DNA from: a phage
Strand: one strand, 5' to 3'
Sequence record: PX969468.1
DNA length: 64,000 nt
Shown here piece by piece: positions 55,932 to 63,356 of this stretch (position 1 is its first letter; each line of letters starts with the position of its first letter). Position numbers and translations under genes: made by a program. The notes below the pieces were generated by a model that did no database searches, was not told the origin of the DNA, and saw only the letters and a list, made by a program, of their open reading frames with translations.

Positions 55932-56312
55932 ATGAAAAACACTACTAAAGCTATTGACACCGTTATGTTTAACCTGGTTACATTCCGTGAAGATATGAAA
56001 GATCTTCCACGTGAAACAGTGTGCGATCACATTGAAAACTATCGCAAACTAATCAAAGAGTTGCCTTTAAAACGTGACCAGTATGCGGCTAACGCTATGC
56101 TTAACGCCATGATCAAAAAGATGATTCAGTGTGATTTAACTCTGGCCTATGATTATGCAGGTGGTCGTTTTGCAGTATACAATCAGCCCGTGCCTGGTAT
56201 GAGCACCACCGAAGAATTGCACGCGTTAAATCTGAAACAAGATGTATGGGATAACATGCCCCGCGTGGTGGTGTGGGCAGAAAGCGGAAAGATTTACGGC
56301 GATAATTTTTAA
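55932..56312 (+). CDS. Early-region protein (126 aa)
   Basis: promoter TTGCAA-N16-TATATT upstream, hairpin GGGGCAA..TTGCCCC, RBS AGAGG. Confidence 0.55.
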   Translation: MKNTTKAIDTVMFNLVTFREDMKDLPRETVCDHIENYRKLIKELPLKRDQYAANAMLNAMIKKMIQCDLTLAYDYAGGRFAVYNQPVPGMSTTEELHALNLKQDVWDNMPRVVVWAESGKIYGDNF

Positions 56313-56376
56313 TCAGGTAACAGGCGGCATATTTGCCGCCTTATTGTTAAACAGAACTGCAAAAGAGGTACATAGA

Positions 56377-56748
56377 ATGGAATTTATTATTTTGGCTGTA
56401 GTAGTTGCCTTGTTCAACGCCTGGATCGCTGGCAAGATAGGTAGATCCGCTTTTCTATGGTTTGTTATATCTATTTTCCTGGGAGTGGTTGCAACTATTG
56501 TATTGGTTATCCTTGCAATTGTTGACAAGGGCGATAATAGAAAGGGTAAAGTGTTTTCCGACCTGTATGACGCACAAACGTTTGTCAACGCCTATTATAG
56601 TGATCTTCCAGTCTCCCTACGCTGCAGCCTGGCACAACAGGTTTTTGATGAGGCTAAAACCAGAGACCAAGCCCATGAGATATGTTTAACTGAAGCGGAT
56701 CGCCTATTTGAGAGGAATAGAAAATATGTGGACCAGCCGTTTAAATAA
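56377..56748 (+). CDS. Early-region membrane protein (123 aa)
   Basis: ATG after AGAGG; two predicted TM helices; leader hairpin GGCGGCA-TATT-TGCCGCC. Confidence 0.5.
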   Translation: MEFIILAVVVALFNAWIAGKIGRSAFLWFVISIFLGVVATIVLVILAIVDKGDNRKGKVFSDLYDAQTFVNAYYSDLPVSLRCSLAQQVFDEAKTRDQAHEICLTEADRLFERNRKYVDQPFK

Positions 56749-56947
56749 CGCCACGTTAATTAATCCCTTTAGTGAAGATTTGAAGCCAGCCGCCTGGCGT
56801 GACGGATTCAATAACGAACGCTTTATTTTCAGGCCTGATCTTGAGGAATTTTATAACAATGGATCGAACAACAGCGGAGATAATTTTTCTTGTGGTGTGC
56901 GTGGTGATAGGACTCCTGGGGGCCATTGTAAACCACGTCACCACTAA
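56726..56947 (+). CDS. Possible small protein (73 aa); alternative overlapping frame also possible
   Basis: ATG after GAGAGG; overlaps 56859-56984 frame that would encode a TM peptide. Confidence 0.3.
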   Translation: MWTSRLNNATLINPFSEDLKPAAWRDGFNNERFIFRPDLEEFYNNGSNNSGDNFSCGVRGDRTPGGHCKPRHH

Positions 56948-56967
56948 CAGGAGGGAAGGGGGAGACG

Positions 56968-57087
56968 ATGACAACCAAGGATAAGCCATGCGCTGATAAG
57001 GTGCGCCGTGTTATGGTATGGCTTGAGATTATCGCCCTTGAAATATTGTTAGGCGTAGGGATGTACTTTATCGCTGTAAGTAACTAA
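56968..57087 (+). CDS. Possible small membrane peptide (39 aa)
   Basis: ATG after AGGAGGGAAGGGGGA; hydrophobic core; terminator follows. Confidence 0.35.
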   Translation: MTTKDKPCADKVRRVMVWLEIIALEILLGVGMYFIAVSN

Positions 57088-57091
57088 GAGC

Positions 57092-57125
57092 GGCCCCCGA
57101 TCATGGGGGCCTATCTTTTAAAAAA
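57092..57125 (+). terminator. Intrinsic terminator
   Basis: GGCCCCC-GATCAT-GGGGGCC followed by TATCTTTTAAAAAATTTTTC. Confidence 0.7.
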
Positions 57126-57225
57126 TTTTTCTTCCGGGGTGTTGCAATCCGGTCCGGAATGTGGATAATAACAATCAACGGGGAGCTAATCCCCACCACC
57201 ACAAAAACCAGAAAGGAGAAACAAA

Positions 57226-57426
57226 ATGAGCAACAATATCCGCGTTATTAACTTCAAAAAAGAAGAAAAAATTGCCGTGCTGATTGACGGTCAAGAAATC
57301 TTCAAGGGCGACTATGAAGATCATCAAACGGCGATTAGTATCACTCGCGTGATTGGTTATCATAATTTCTACCCCCAAGGCGCTGAGGCAGCAGTTAAAC
57401 GAATCAAAGAGATTGTAGGCCTGTAA
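57226..57426 (+). CDS. Early-region protein (66 aa)
   Basis: promoter TTGCAA-N17-GATAAT upstream, hairpin GGGGA..TCCCC, RBS AAGGAGA. Confidence 0.5.
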   Translation: MSNNIRVINFKKEEKIAVLIDGQEIFKGDYEDHQTAISITRVIGYHNFYPQGAEAAVKRIKEIVGL

Positions 57427-57438
57427 AATTTATTTTTA

Positions 57439-57475
57439 GATGGCCTTGACTTCAGGGCCATCGATAAAGTAAATT
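57439..57475 (+). promoter_or_regulatory. Palindrome-embedded promoter element, copy 3
   Basis: GATGGCC-TTGACTTCAG-GGCCATC then GATAAAGTAAATT. Confidence 0.6.
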
Positions 57476-57510
57476 TAAACCCTGTTAAAATACCACGCAG
57501 TTAACAAGGA

Positions 57511-57819
57511 GTGATAGACATGTTTATCCAGGCTAATAATCTTTATTTCTTTGATGGTCAGATCGTAGATGGTGTGGAAGTGGAGATCACCGGGTGCCCT
57601 GGCGGTCAGGCTATGACTTTTCGGAATAATGCCTTTGATGATTCTCATATCGTTATGAGAATGGAAGTTACGAAGCTGGACGACAAGAAAACACTTATTG
57701 ACTATTCTGTGAAAGATCATCCAGACTACCGCATGATCCATGGTGATTTGTGCATTGTTGACCGTGACAAGGTGGGCGGCATTGTGATCGCTATTGTGAA
57801 CGATGTTTTCTCAAACTAA
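57511..57819 (+). CDS. Early-region protein (102 aa)
   Basis: RBS AAGGAG. Confidence 0.5.
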   Translation: MIDMFIQANNLYFFDGQIVDGVEVEITGCPGGQAMTFRNNAFDDSHIVMRMEVTKLDDKKTLIDYSVKDHPDYRMIHGDLCIVDRDKVGGIVIAIVNDVFSN

Positions 57820-57836
57820 TTTCAGCAGGCGATTTT

Positions 57837-58187
57837 ATGAAAGTCAAACTATATTACCTTAATGAGCTTAACCCCCTTGCCCAGGTCCGCGCCCTAGCTA
57901 ATACCTTGATTTGTGAGAAATCTGTATATTGTGTTGAGCTTAACGCCATGCGTGAACGTCTCAAAGGTGGTTACTTTGACATCCATGCTGCAATCAACGG
58001 CCTGAATATGGAATTTATACGCTTACGTAACAGCCGCCGGAATCTGGCAAGAATGGAACAAGATCCGGCCCACCTTCGTAAGCTGGTTATTGAAAATCAT
58101 CTGATGTTTAATGCCGAGGGTGATTATTACCATTTTCACCGCAAACGCTGGTACCGTGGCGGCAATACAGGCAAGAATGCAAAATAA
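57837..58187 (+). CDS. Early-region protein (116 aa)
   Basis: ORF; weak RBS. Confidence 0.45.
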   Translation: MKVKLYYLNELNPLAQVRALANTLICEKSVYCVELNAMRERLKGGYFDIHAAINGLNMEFIRLRNSRRNLARMEQDPAHLRKLVIENHLMFNAEGDYYHFHRKRWYRGGNTGKNAK

Positions 58188-58222
58188 GGCCCCTAGCAGG
58201 GCCTGCAGCAATATAATCACAT

Positions 58223-58255
58223 AAAGGCCATGCGGTTGCATGGCCTTTATTATTT
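58223..58255 (+). terminator. Intrinsic terminator
   Basis: AAAGGCCATGC-GGTT-GCATGGCCTTT followed by ATTATTTTGG. Confidence 0.7.
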
Positions 58256-58389
58256 TGGCGTTACAACGGCATACGGGGCGCTTAAAAAATTTTTAAAGAA
58301 GTACTTGCATCATTCCCGACAATATGGATAATAAGAGTTGTCGAGGGGGAGGCCCCCAATCGTTGACCAGATAGATAGGAGTTAAAATC

Positions 58390-58674
58390 ATGGCTATTGT
58401 TACCGCTGGCGATGTAGTAGAAATGGAAGCAAAATACTTAAAAGCGGGTATGCACATCCTACGGAATGATCAAGAGTTATTATTAACGATGGTTGACTAT
58501 AATCACGGCCAGGATTATCCAAGCATCGACTACTTTTTTGAGTATGTTGATGAAGAGTTGAAAGAGGATGAGGCCTATTGCGGTGAGTTCTGCAACTTCT
58601 TTTGTCCTGATGAGGTTGTAAAGGTTATTTATCAACCTGGCGTAGCTTTCCCGCTGCACGCTATCAATAAATAA
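58390..58674 (+). CDS. Early-region acidic protein (94 aa)
   Basis: promoter TTGCAT-N17-GATAAT upstream, hairpin GGGGG-AGG-CCCCC, RBS TAGGAG. Confidence 0.5.
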   Translation: MAIVTAGDVVEMEAKYLKAGMHILRNDQELLLTMVDYNHGQDYPSIDYFFEYVDEELKEDEAYCGEFCNFFCPDEVVKVIYQPGVAFPLHAINK

Positions 58675-58729
58675 ACCTGGCGGGGCCGAAAAGGCCCCCA
58701 ATTATGAAAATAAAGAGAGGCAAATCATC

Positions 58730-58963
58730 ATGATGGAACAAATTAAACGCGCCGAGGCTATTAATGGCAACGTGATCTATTTTGTCAGCAAAAACGAAAA
58801 AGGCGTACCATATGCGGCAGTAATAGTACAACCTGACGGCGATTATTGGTTTACTGTGTACGGCACTTATTCTTTTGGGCGTCCAGTGCATGATAAAATT
58901 TTGAAAGTAGCGAACCCTACCGGGAAGAATATCACAGCAGAAAAATTTTTTGAAAATAGTTGA
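58730..58963 (+). CDS. Early-region protein (77 aa)
   Basis: RBS AGAGAGG. Confidence 0.5.
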   Translation: MMEQIKRAEAINGNVIYFVSKNEKGVPYAAVIVQPDGDYWFTVYGTYSFGRPVHDKILKVANPTGKNITAEKFFENS

Positions 58964-59038
58964 CATGACCATATAAGACTGTAATATATAAATCAAAGGG
59001 GGCAACGAACCCCACCAACTACAAAGAGGATAAAAATC

Positions 59039-59218
59039 ATGGCTATTATTGCAAAGACTGAGATCGTAGGCTTAGATTCTATTCTCCTCGCATATGAGGA
59101 AGCTATAGAAATGTATGTGGTTTCCTATGGTGAGTATATCCGTGAATATAAATCTATTGATCTGGCTTTTGAATGTTATATCCGCCAGGTTAATAAAGCG
59201 TACGATGATTATCGTTAA
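59039..59218 (+). CDS. Possible early-region protein (59 aa), below ORF-track cutoff
   Basis: promoter TTGACA-N16-TAATAT at 58968, leader hairpin, RBS AGAGGA. Confidence 0.4.
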   Translation: MAIIAKTEIVGLDSILLAYEEAIEMYVVSYGEYIREYKSIDLAFECYIRQVNKAYDDYR

Positions 59219-59224
59219 AATAGT

Positions 59225-59253
59225 TTGACAACAGCCATCTTACAAAGCATAAT
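59225..59253 (+). promoter_or_regulatory. sigma70-like early promoter
   Basis: TTGACA, 17-nt spacer, CATAAT; followed by GGCGG..CCGCC leader hairpin. Confidence 0.6.
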
Positions 59254-59305
59254 ACATAAGGCGGTGGAATGGTCCGCCACCTGGAACAAAGAAGAGGTAA
59301 ACACC

Positions 59306-59551
59306 ATGAAAAGCAATAAAGGTTATAACGGTTACAAAAACAAAACTCATTGGAATGTAAGCCTTTGGATTAATAACGATGAGTCATTGTACCGGTTGGC
59401 CCAAGGCTTTATTAACGCCAATGCTAATCGTAATGATGCGGCGCGGGATATGATGCTTTTTCTGGAGCTAACCGGACAAGATAAGACCCCGGACGGCTTC
59501 AAGTACAGCACTACGGCGATCCGTGCCGCGATGGTTGGAATGAAACACTAA
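59306..59551 (+). CDS. Early-region protein (81 aa)
   Basis: ATG after AGAAGAGG; track ORF start 59225 lies in promoter. Confidence 0.5.
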   Translation: MKSNKGYNGYKNKTHWNVSLWINNDESLYRLAQGFINANANRNDAARDMMLFLELTGQDKTPDGFKYSTTAIRAAMVGMKH

Positions 59552-59628
59552 AAGCACATAGCTGCCTTACCCTGGGGCTGTGGTAGCGGCCCCATGAATA
59601 AGGTTACTAACAGAAGAGAATAAACACC

Positions 59629-59733
59629 ATGAAACAGAAATTAATCGATGCAGTGATCTTGGTTATTGCCCTGGGTATTGGCCTGATTGCAACCATGTCT
59701 AATATGATCTTGTCTTCCAACGGTATCGGGTGA
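59629..59733 (+). CDS. Possible small membrane peptide (34 aa)
   Basis: ATG after AGAAGAG; hydrophobic core. Confidence 0.3.
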   Translation: MKQKLIDAVILVIALGIGLIATMSNMILSSNGIG

Positions 59734-59742
59734 GGTTGGCAA

Positions 59743-59958
59743 ATGATCACTAACAAAACAGGCAAAACGGAATTTTTACGCAACTTACAGATCGGCAAGC
59801 CTGAGATCTGGTACTGCACTAAAACACCGCGTGACGAAATGAAAGACTTCACCGCCACGCTGCAACGGGTAAAGATATCTATCACGCAGAAAAAGGCCTT
59901 ACTAGTGGTGGAAGGGGAGATCCCCCAAACCGTTGTTATAGTTGAGCGTACAGCATAG
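59743..59958 (+). CDS. Early-region protein (71 aa)
   Basis: RBS GAGGTTGG. Confidence 0.45.
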   Translation: MITNKTGKTEFLRNLQIGKPEIWYCTKTPRDEMKDFTATLQRVKISITQKKALLVVEGEIPQTVVIVERTA

Positions 59959-60049
59959 TTTAATTTATACAGATACCTGAAAATTAACCAACAAAGCATA
60001 AACAGGCGGTTACCGCCGCCTTAAACGTAGCAGAAAGAGGATAGACACA

Positions 60050-60334
60050 ATGAAAAAGATGATCGCAGTGGTTACCCTGGTTGTTGGACTTAATGCGCCT
60101 GTAATGGCTAAAGAGCTGGCAAAAGAGGTTAATCTAACGGATATTCATGCCGTCAATCAAATCGGGGTTACTTATCGCTTATGCCTTGCCGCTAAAACTT
60201 TTAAGGACGGCACAACAGAGTACTACGGATTCGAGGGTATCCGGTGCGGTGAGCTTGCTCGCGACCTTAAGGAAGATCCAGACCTGGAGGATCTGCCCAT
60301 AACCGTGAACGGGAAAACTTACGTGAACCGTTAA
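60050..60334 (+). CDS. Early-region secreted protein (94 aa)
   Basis: signal-peptide-like N-terminus (MKKMIAVVTLVVGLNAPVMA); RBS AGAGGA; leader hairpin GGCGG-TTA-CCGCC. Confidence 0.5.
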   Translation: MKKMIAVVTLVVGLNAPVMAKELAKEVNLTDIHAVNQIGVTYRLCLAAKTFKDGTTEYYGFEGIRCGELARDLKEDPDLEDLPITVNGKTYVNR

Positions 60335-60336
60335 CC

Positions 60337-60471
60337 ATGAGAAAGATAATTATTACCATGGGGATCGTGGCGGCAATGTTGGCGATCTTTCCCTTTATGG
60401 TTAGGTATGTGCTGATTAATGTTGTCCTGGTAGTCAGCGATCTGGTGTTATATATTAACTCATTGTTTTAG
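60337..60471 (+). CDS. Possible small membrane peptide (44 aa)
   Basis: ATG 2 nt after upstream stop; hydrophobic. Confidence 0.3.
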   Translation: MRKIIITMGIVAAMLAIFPFMVRYVLINVVLVVSDLVLYINSLF

Positions 60472-60479
60472 GCGCGATA

Positions 60480-60671
60480 ATGACAGCGGAAGAAGTTAAA
60501 AAAGTACTGGCGGTACTGCGTTATCATAATCATTGCAAGGTGAAGAATGATCCTGATTATCTTGATTCATCCCTTGAAGAGGATACACTACAAGCCATAA
60601 GCAACATGCAAGAATTGCTTAAGCGTATGACAGAGAAAAACCGACCGGACTACATAGGGGGTAAAATATGA
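60480..60671 (+). CDS. Early-region protein (63 aa)
   Basis: ORF. Confidence 0.4.
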   Translation: MTAEEVKKVLAVLRYHNHCKVKNDPDYLDSSLEEDTLQAISNMQELLKRMTEKNRPDYIGGKI

Positions 60672-60979
60672 TCGCTATTACGCCAACCGTTTTAGATTGG
60701 TATCGGCAACGCATAGCGCCTCCGCTGGCTATCTTCAAAGATGCGGAAGCAAAACAACGCCGGATCTCAATACATGAGATCATCAACCTTAACGCTGGAG
60801 GCACACCATACCGCCCAGGACCTGGCCGTGAGATGGACAATACATTGGCGATCCTGAAGATACGCCGTAAACGGTCCTCCCTTACGCTGGATTCATTACA
60901 CACAATGCAGTCTCCGTTCCAGGTGACTGGGAAACGGATCGCCAGGTCCTGGACAAAGGCCAATGACCGGACCGTATAA
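60668..60979 (+). CDS. Early-region protein (103 aa)
   Basis: RBS AGGGGG; ATGA overlap with upstream gene. Confidence 0.45.
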   Translation: MIAITPTVLDWYRQRIAPPLAIFKDAEAKQRRISIHEIINLNAGGTPYRPGPGREMDNTLAILKIRRKRSSLTLDSLHTMQSPFQVTGKRIARSWTKANDRTV

Positions 60980-61064
60980 ATAAAAAGTGTTTTGGTACTG
61001 ATTTTGGGGTTGACTTGTTCGGCCCCTTTTGCTATTCTTATTAAACGGGCGGCACTTGGGAACA

Positions 61065-61089
61065 GGGGGAGACAATCACCAGGCCTGCC
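61065..61089. repeat. Right copy (inverted) of 25-bp repeat GGCAGGCC(C/T)GGTGATTGTCTCCC
   Basis: GGGGGAGACAATCACCAGGCCTGCC is the reverse complement of the 51279-51308 core. Confidence 0.7.
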
Positions 61090-61197
61090 TGTCATATAAG
61101 AACTATAAAAACCGTTGACATCTGCCAGGGGGTGGGGTAACATTTATCTTGAAGGGGCAAAGGTGCCCACACAACAACCAGAAGAGAGGAAAACACT

Positions 61198-61470
61198 ATG
61201 TCAAGCTGGATTAATCAAGAAGTCGAATCACGTTTTAATGCTATTTGGGATCTCATCGAAAAAGAAGACGGCACATCAAGCCCCTACCTCAACAATTTGG
61301 AATTCCATTTTGTGGAAGCGATGAACGCAGAACATGATCACGAAGGTGGTGCGGACGAGTTCGCTAAAGGGTATGGCTTCAATAATGCCAACGAAATGAT
61401 CGAGGCGGTTGTACTCCAGGCTGAGGAAGATTATCAATTAAAAACGCTTGAATTCTGCCGCCGTAAGTAA
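61198..61470 (+). CDS. Early-region acidic protein (90 aa)
   Basis: promoter TTGACA upstream, leader hairpin GGGCA-AAGG-TGCCC, RBS AGAGAGGAAAA. Confidence 0.5.
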   Translation: MSSWINQEVESRFNAIWDLIEKEDGTSSPYLNNLEFHFVEAMNAEHDHEGGADEFAKGYGFNNANEMIEAVVLQAEEDYQLKTLEFCRRK

Positions 61471-61530
61471 TAAGATAATGACACGGGCCGGGAGGCCCAC
61501 TAATCAGAACCACACAAAGAGGTAAACATC

Positions 61531-61794
61531 ATGAAACGTCTTGATCAGCTTAAACTAGTTCAGTACATGGCCTACAAAGTTCTTGAAGTCCAAAAAGGTA
61601 GCAAAAAAGAGGTTTGCGAGAAAGCATATAAGATCTTTACCCGTAAAAAAGATGATTGGATGTTACGCCAGACCAAAAAAGCCGATATCCTGGGATACCT
61701 GGAAGAAGAGATCCGACTTGAAGAACAAGAAGAGATCCGCCGTAGTGAGGCAGATTATCAGGCAGCTTGGGAAAACTGGATGAGCAACAAATAA
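61531..61794 (+). CDS. Early-region protein (87 aa), Lys/Glu-rich
   Basis: leader hairpin GGGCC-GGGA-GGCCC, RBS AGAGG. Confidence 0.5.
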   Translation: MKRLDQLKLVQYMAYKVLEVQKGSKKEVCEKAYKIFTRKKDDWMLRQTKKADILGYLEEEIRLEEQEEIRRSEADYQAAWENWMSNK

Positions 61795-61937
61795 TACAAC
61801 AAGTTACATGGTCAGGGGCAATAAAGCCCCTTGATCACATAAAAATTATGCTATCCTTGGTTGACAAGGATCGGCAGTTTTGCTATATTCTTTTTGAAGG
61901 GAAGTTGTAAGAAAATTAACTAAGAGGTAAAAACACC

Positions 61938-62357
61938 ATGAACATTAAATCTAATAATCCGGCATATAGCTTTGATAACGCTTTTTGTCACGGTCCGGCG
62001 GCGAAAGGATTCGAAATCGATGGTAAACTAATTATTGTCAATGTTGACGGGGAAGAGGTTGCAGTATATCCGGTGGCAGACGTAAAAAGCCGTTTACAAT
62101 GCCGCATTGATGTTACCGCCTATCAGCTTGATCCGGTCCGCATAGTTGCCCTGGTCCTGGAAGAAGAAATTAAAGCCATGCACCATAGCAACAGATTTAT
62201 TGGTGACGCGCAGGATAATATGAAAGTATGCCGCCATAAAGTTAATGAAGTGCTTAAAGAGTACGGCTATAAAGATCTTATGATCAAACGTGAGGAAAAA
62301 TTCCGCTACCGTAACGACCTGGCAAATCGAATCTATGAAATATACGAATCATTATAA
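61938..62357 (+). CDS. Early-region protein (139 aa)
   Basis: promoter TTGACA-N17-TATATT at 61861-61889, RBS AGAGG. Confidence 0.55.
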   Translation: MNIKSNNPAYSFDNAFCHGPAAKGFEIDGKLIIVNVDGEEVAVYPVADVKSRLQCRIDVTAYQLDPVRIVALVLEEEIKAMHHSNRFIGDAQDNMKVCRHKVNEVLKEYGYKDLMIKREEKFRYRNDLANRIYEIYESL

Positions 62358-62376
62358 TTTCTTAACTAAACTATCA

Positions 62377-62403
62377 GGGGCTTTAAAAGGCCCCTTTCTT
62401 TTT
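62377..62403 (+). terminator. Intrinsic terminator closing the small-gene block
   Basis: GGGGCT-TTAAAA-GGCCCC followed by TTTCTTTTTG. Confidence 0.7.
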
Positions 62404-63020
62404 GTCTGTATTTCTCCTACCACAAACGGCCCAGCCTGGCAAGTGGAATAATTGACTAGCCATCAATCCCACACACTGTACAAATATACATGGAAAATAA
62501 CTATTGCATAATCTTTCATTGTGTGGTAGCAGGGACATTTTTACCCGTTTTCTCTCCCAAAAGTGCACGTAATGCCGCTATTGCACAAATTTTAACCTGA
62601 TGCACATCTCCAATATCTTGTCAACAACTAAAAATCTTTATAAGTCATACACTTACACAACATCGAAAGCGTGTCCTACGCGAAAAATCGAGTATAACTA
62701 TAGCCGCCAAATCTCAGAATTCACGTACGCACGCCATTCTATAGCCTGCAAAGTATTTATTCCAACCACAGAATAACGGAATAGTCAATACCTGCATAAA
62801 ATAATTATTCGTGTAAACTGCATAACATAAATCCGCTCAGGTGTCAACATTTTTCGTAAACAGTCCGAAATTATCACGATGAGTTATCATAAACAAAGAA
62901 ATCTTTAGTCGTCTAATGTTTACTGTACATTACTATACTGACTGGAATCATTAGATGACTAAGAGAAAGATAAGGAATAATTAACAATGTAAGTATTTTA
63001 CCTGCAACAATAAGGCAACT

Positions 63021-63040
63021 ATGCAAACGAATGGCATGGC
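63021..63040. repeat. 20-bp direct repeat, copy 1
   Basis: ATGCAAACGAATGGCATGGC; second copy at 63325-63344 with one mismatch. Confidence 0.7.
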
Positions 63041-63053
63041 GCGACGGAGTCGC

Positions 63054-63205
63054 GACATAATATAAAAGCAGTAACAATCACCCCCGTGATAGTTTTTCTG
63101 CAATCTATTATTCAGATCATAGTTGCCTTGTATCCAGTTAATCATGACATAATAAGCAAGGCAACTATAGATCTGATAATAGTTGCCCTGCTTTTATATT
63201 ATGTC
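63054..63205. repeat. Perfect 18-bp inverted repeat pair enclosing AAGGCAACTAT sites
   Basis: GACATAATATAAAAGCAG (63054-63071) and CTGCTTTTATATTATGTC (63188-63205); four AAGGCAACTAT-like copies between 63011 and 63190 in both orientations. Confidence 0.75.
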
Positions 63206-63256
63206 ATAGAAACGCCCGAAGGGGTGACCTAGTCACCTGGCATAGCCAGCGAAAGA

Positions 63257-63320
63257 TTATTAACTTGTTAATCGTCAGCTTGTTGGCTGTTAGCTTGTCA
63301 ATTGTTAACTTGTTAATTGT
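63257..63320. repeat. Iteron array 1 (4 x about 15 bp, TTAACTTGTTAAT-like)
   Basis: TTAACTTGTTAATCG, TCAGCTTGTTGGCTG, TTAGCTTGTCAATTG, TTAACTTGTTAATTG in tandem. Confidence 0.7.
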
Positions 63321-63324
63321 TTTC

Positions 63325-63344
63325 ATGCAAACGAATGTCATGGC
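63325..63344. repeat. 20-bp direct repeat, copy 2
   Basis: ATGCAAACGAATGTCATGGC. Confidence 0.7.
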
Positions 63345-63356
63345 TTATCATATCTG

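Noticed and set aside
52636-61500. Leader hairpins as N4-type virion-RNA-polymerase hairpin promoters
   Set aside because: Every hairpin is preceded at the right distance by a good sigma70 -35/-10 pair, loop sizes vary (3-10 nt), and no giant virion RNAP gene is in the window. Simpler reading is transcribed 5'-leader stem-loops. Not fully excluded without transcript mapping.
62383-62568. 61-aa ORF on - strand in the terminal non-coding region
   Set aside because: Overlaps the terminator hairpin, no SD, sits in a repeat-rich region without other genes.
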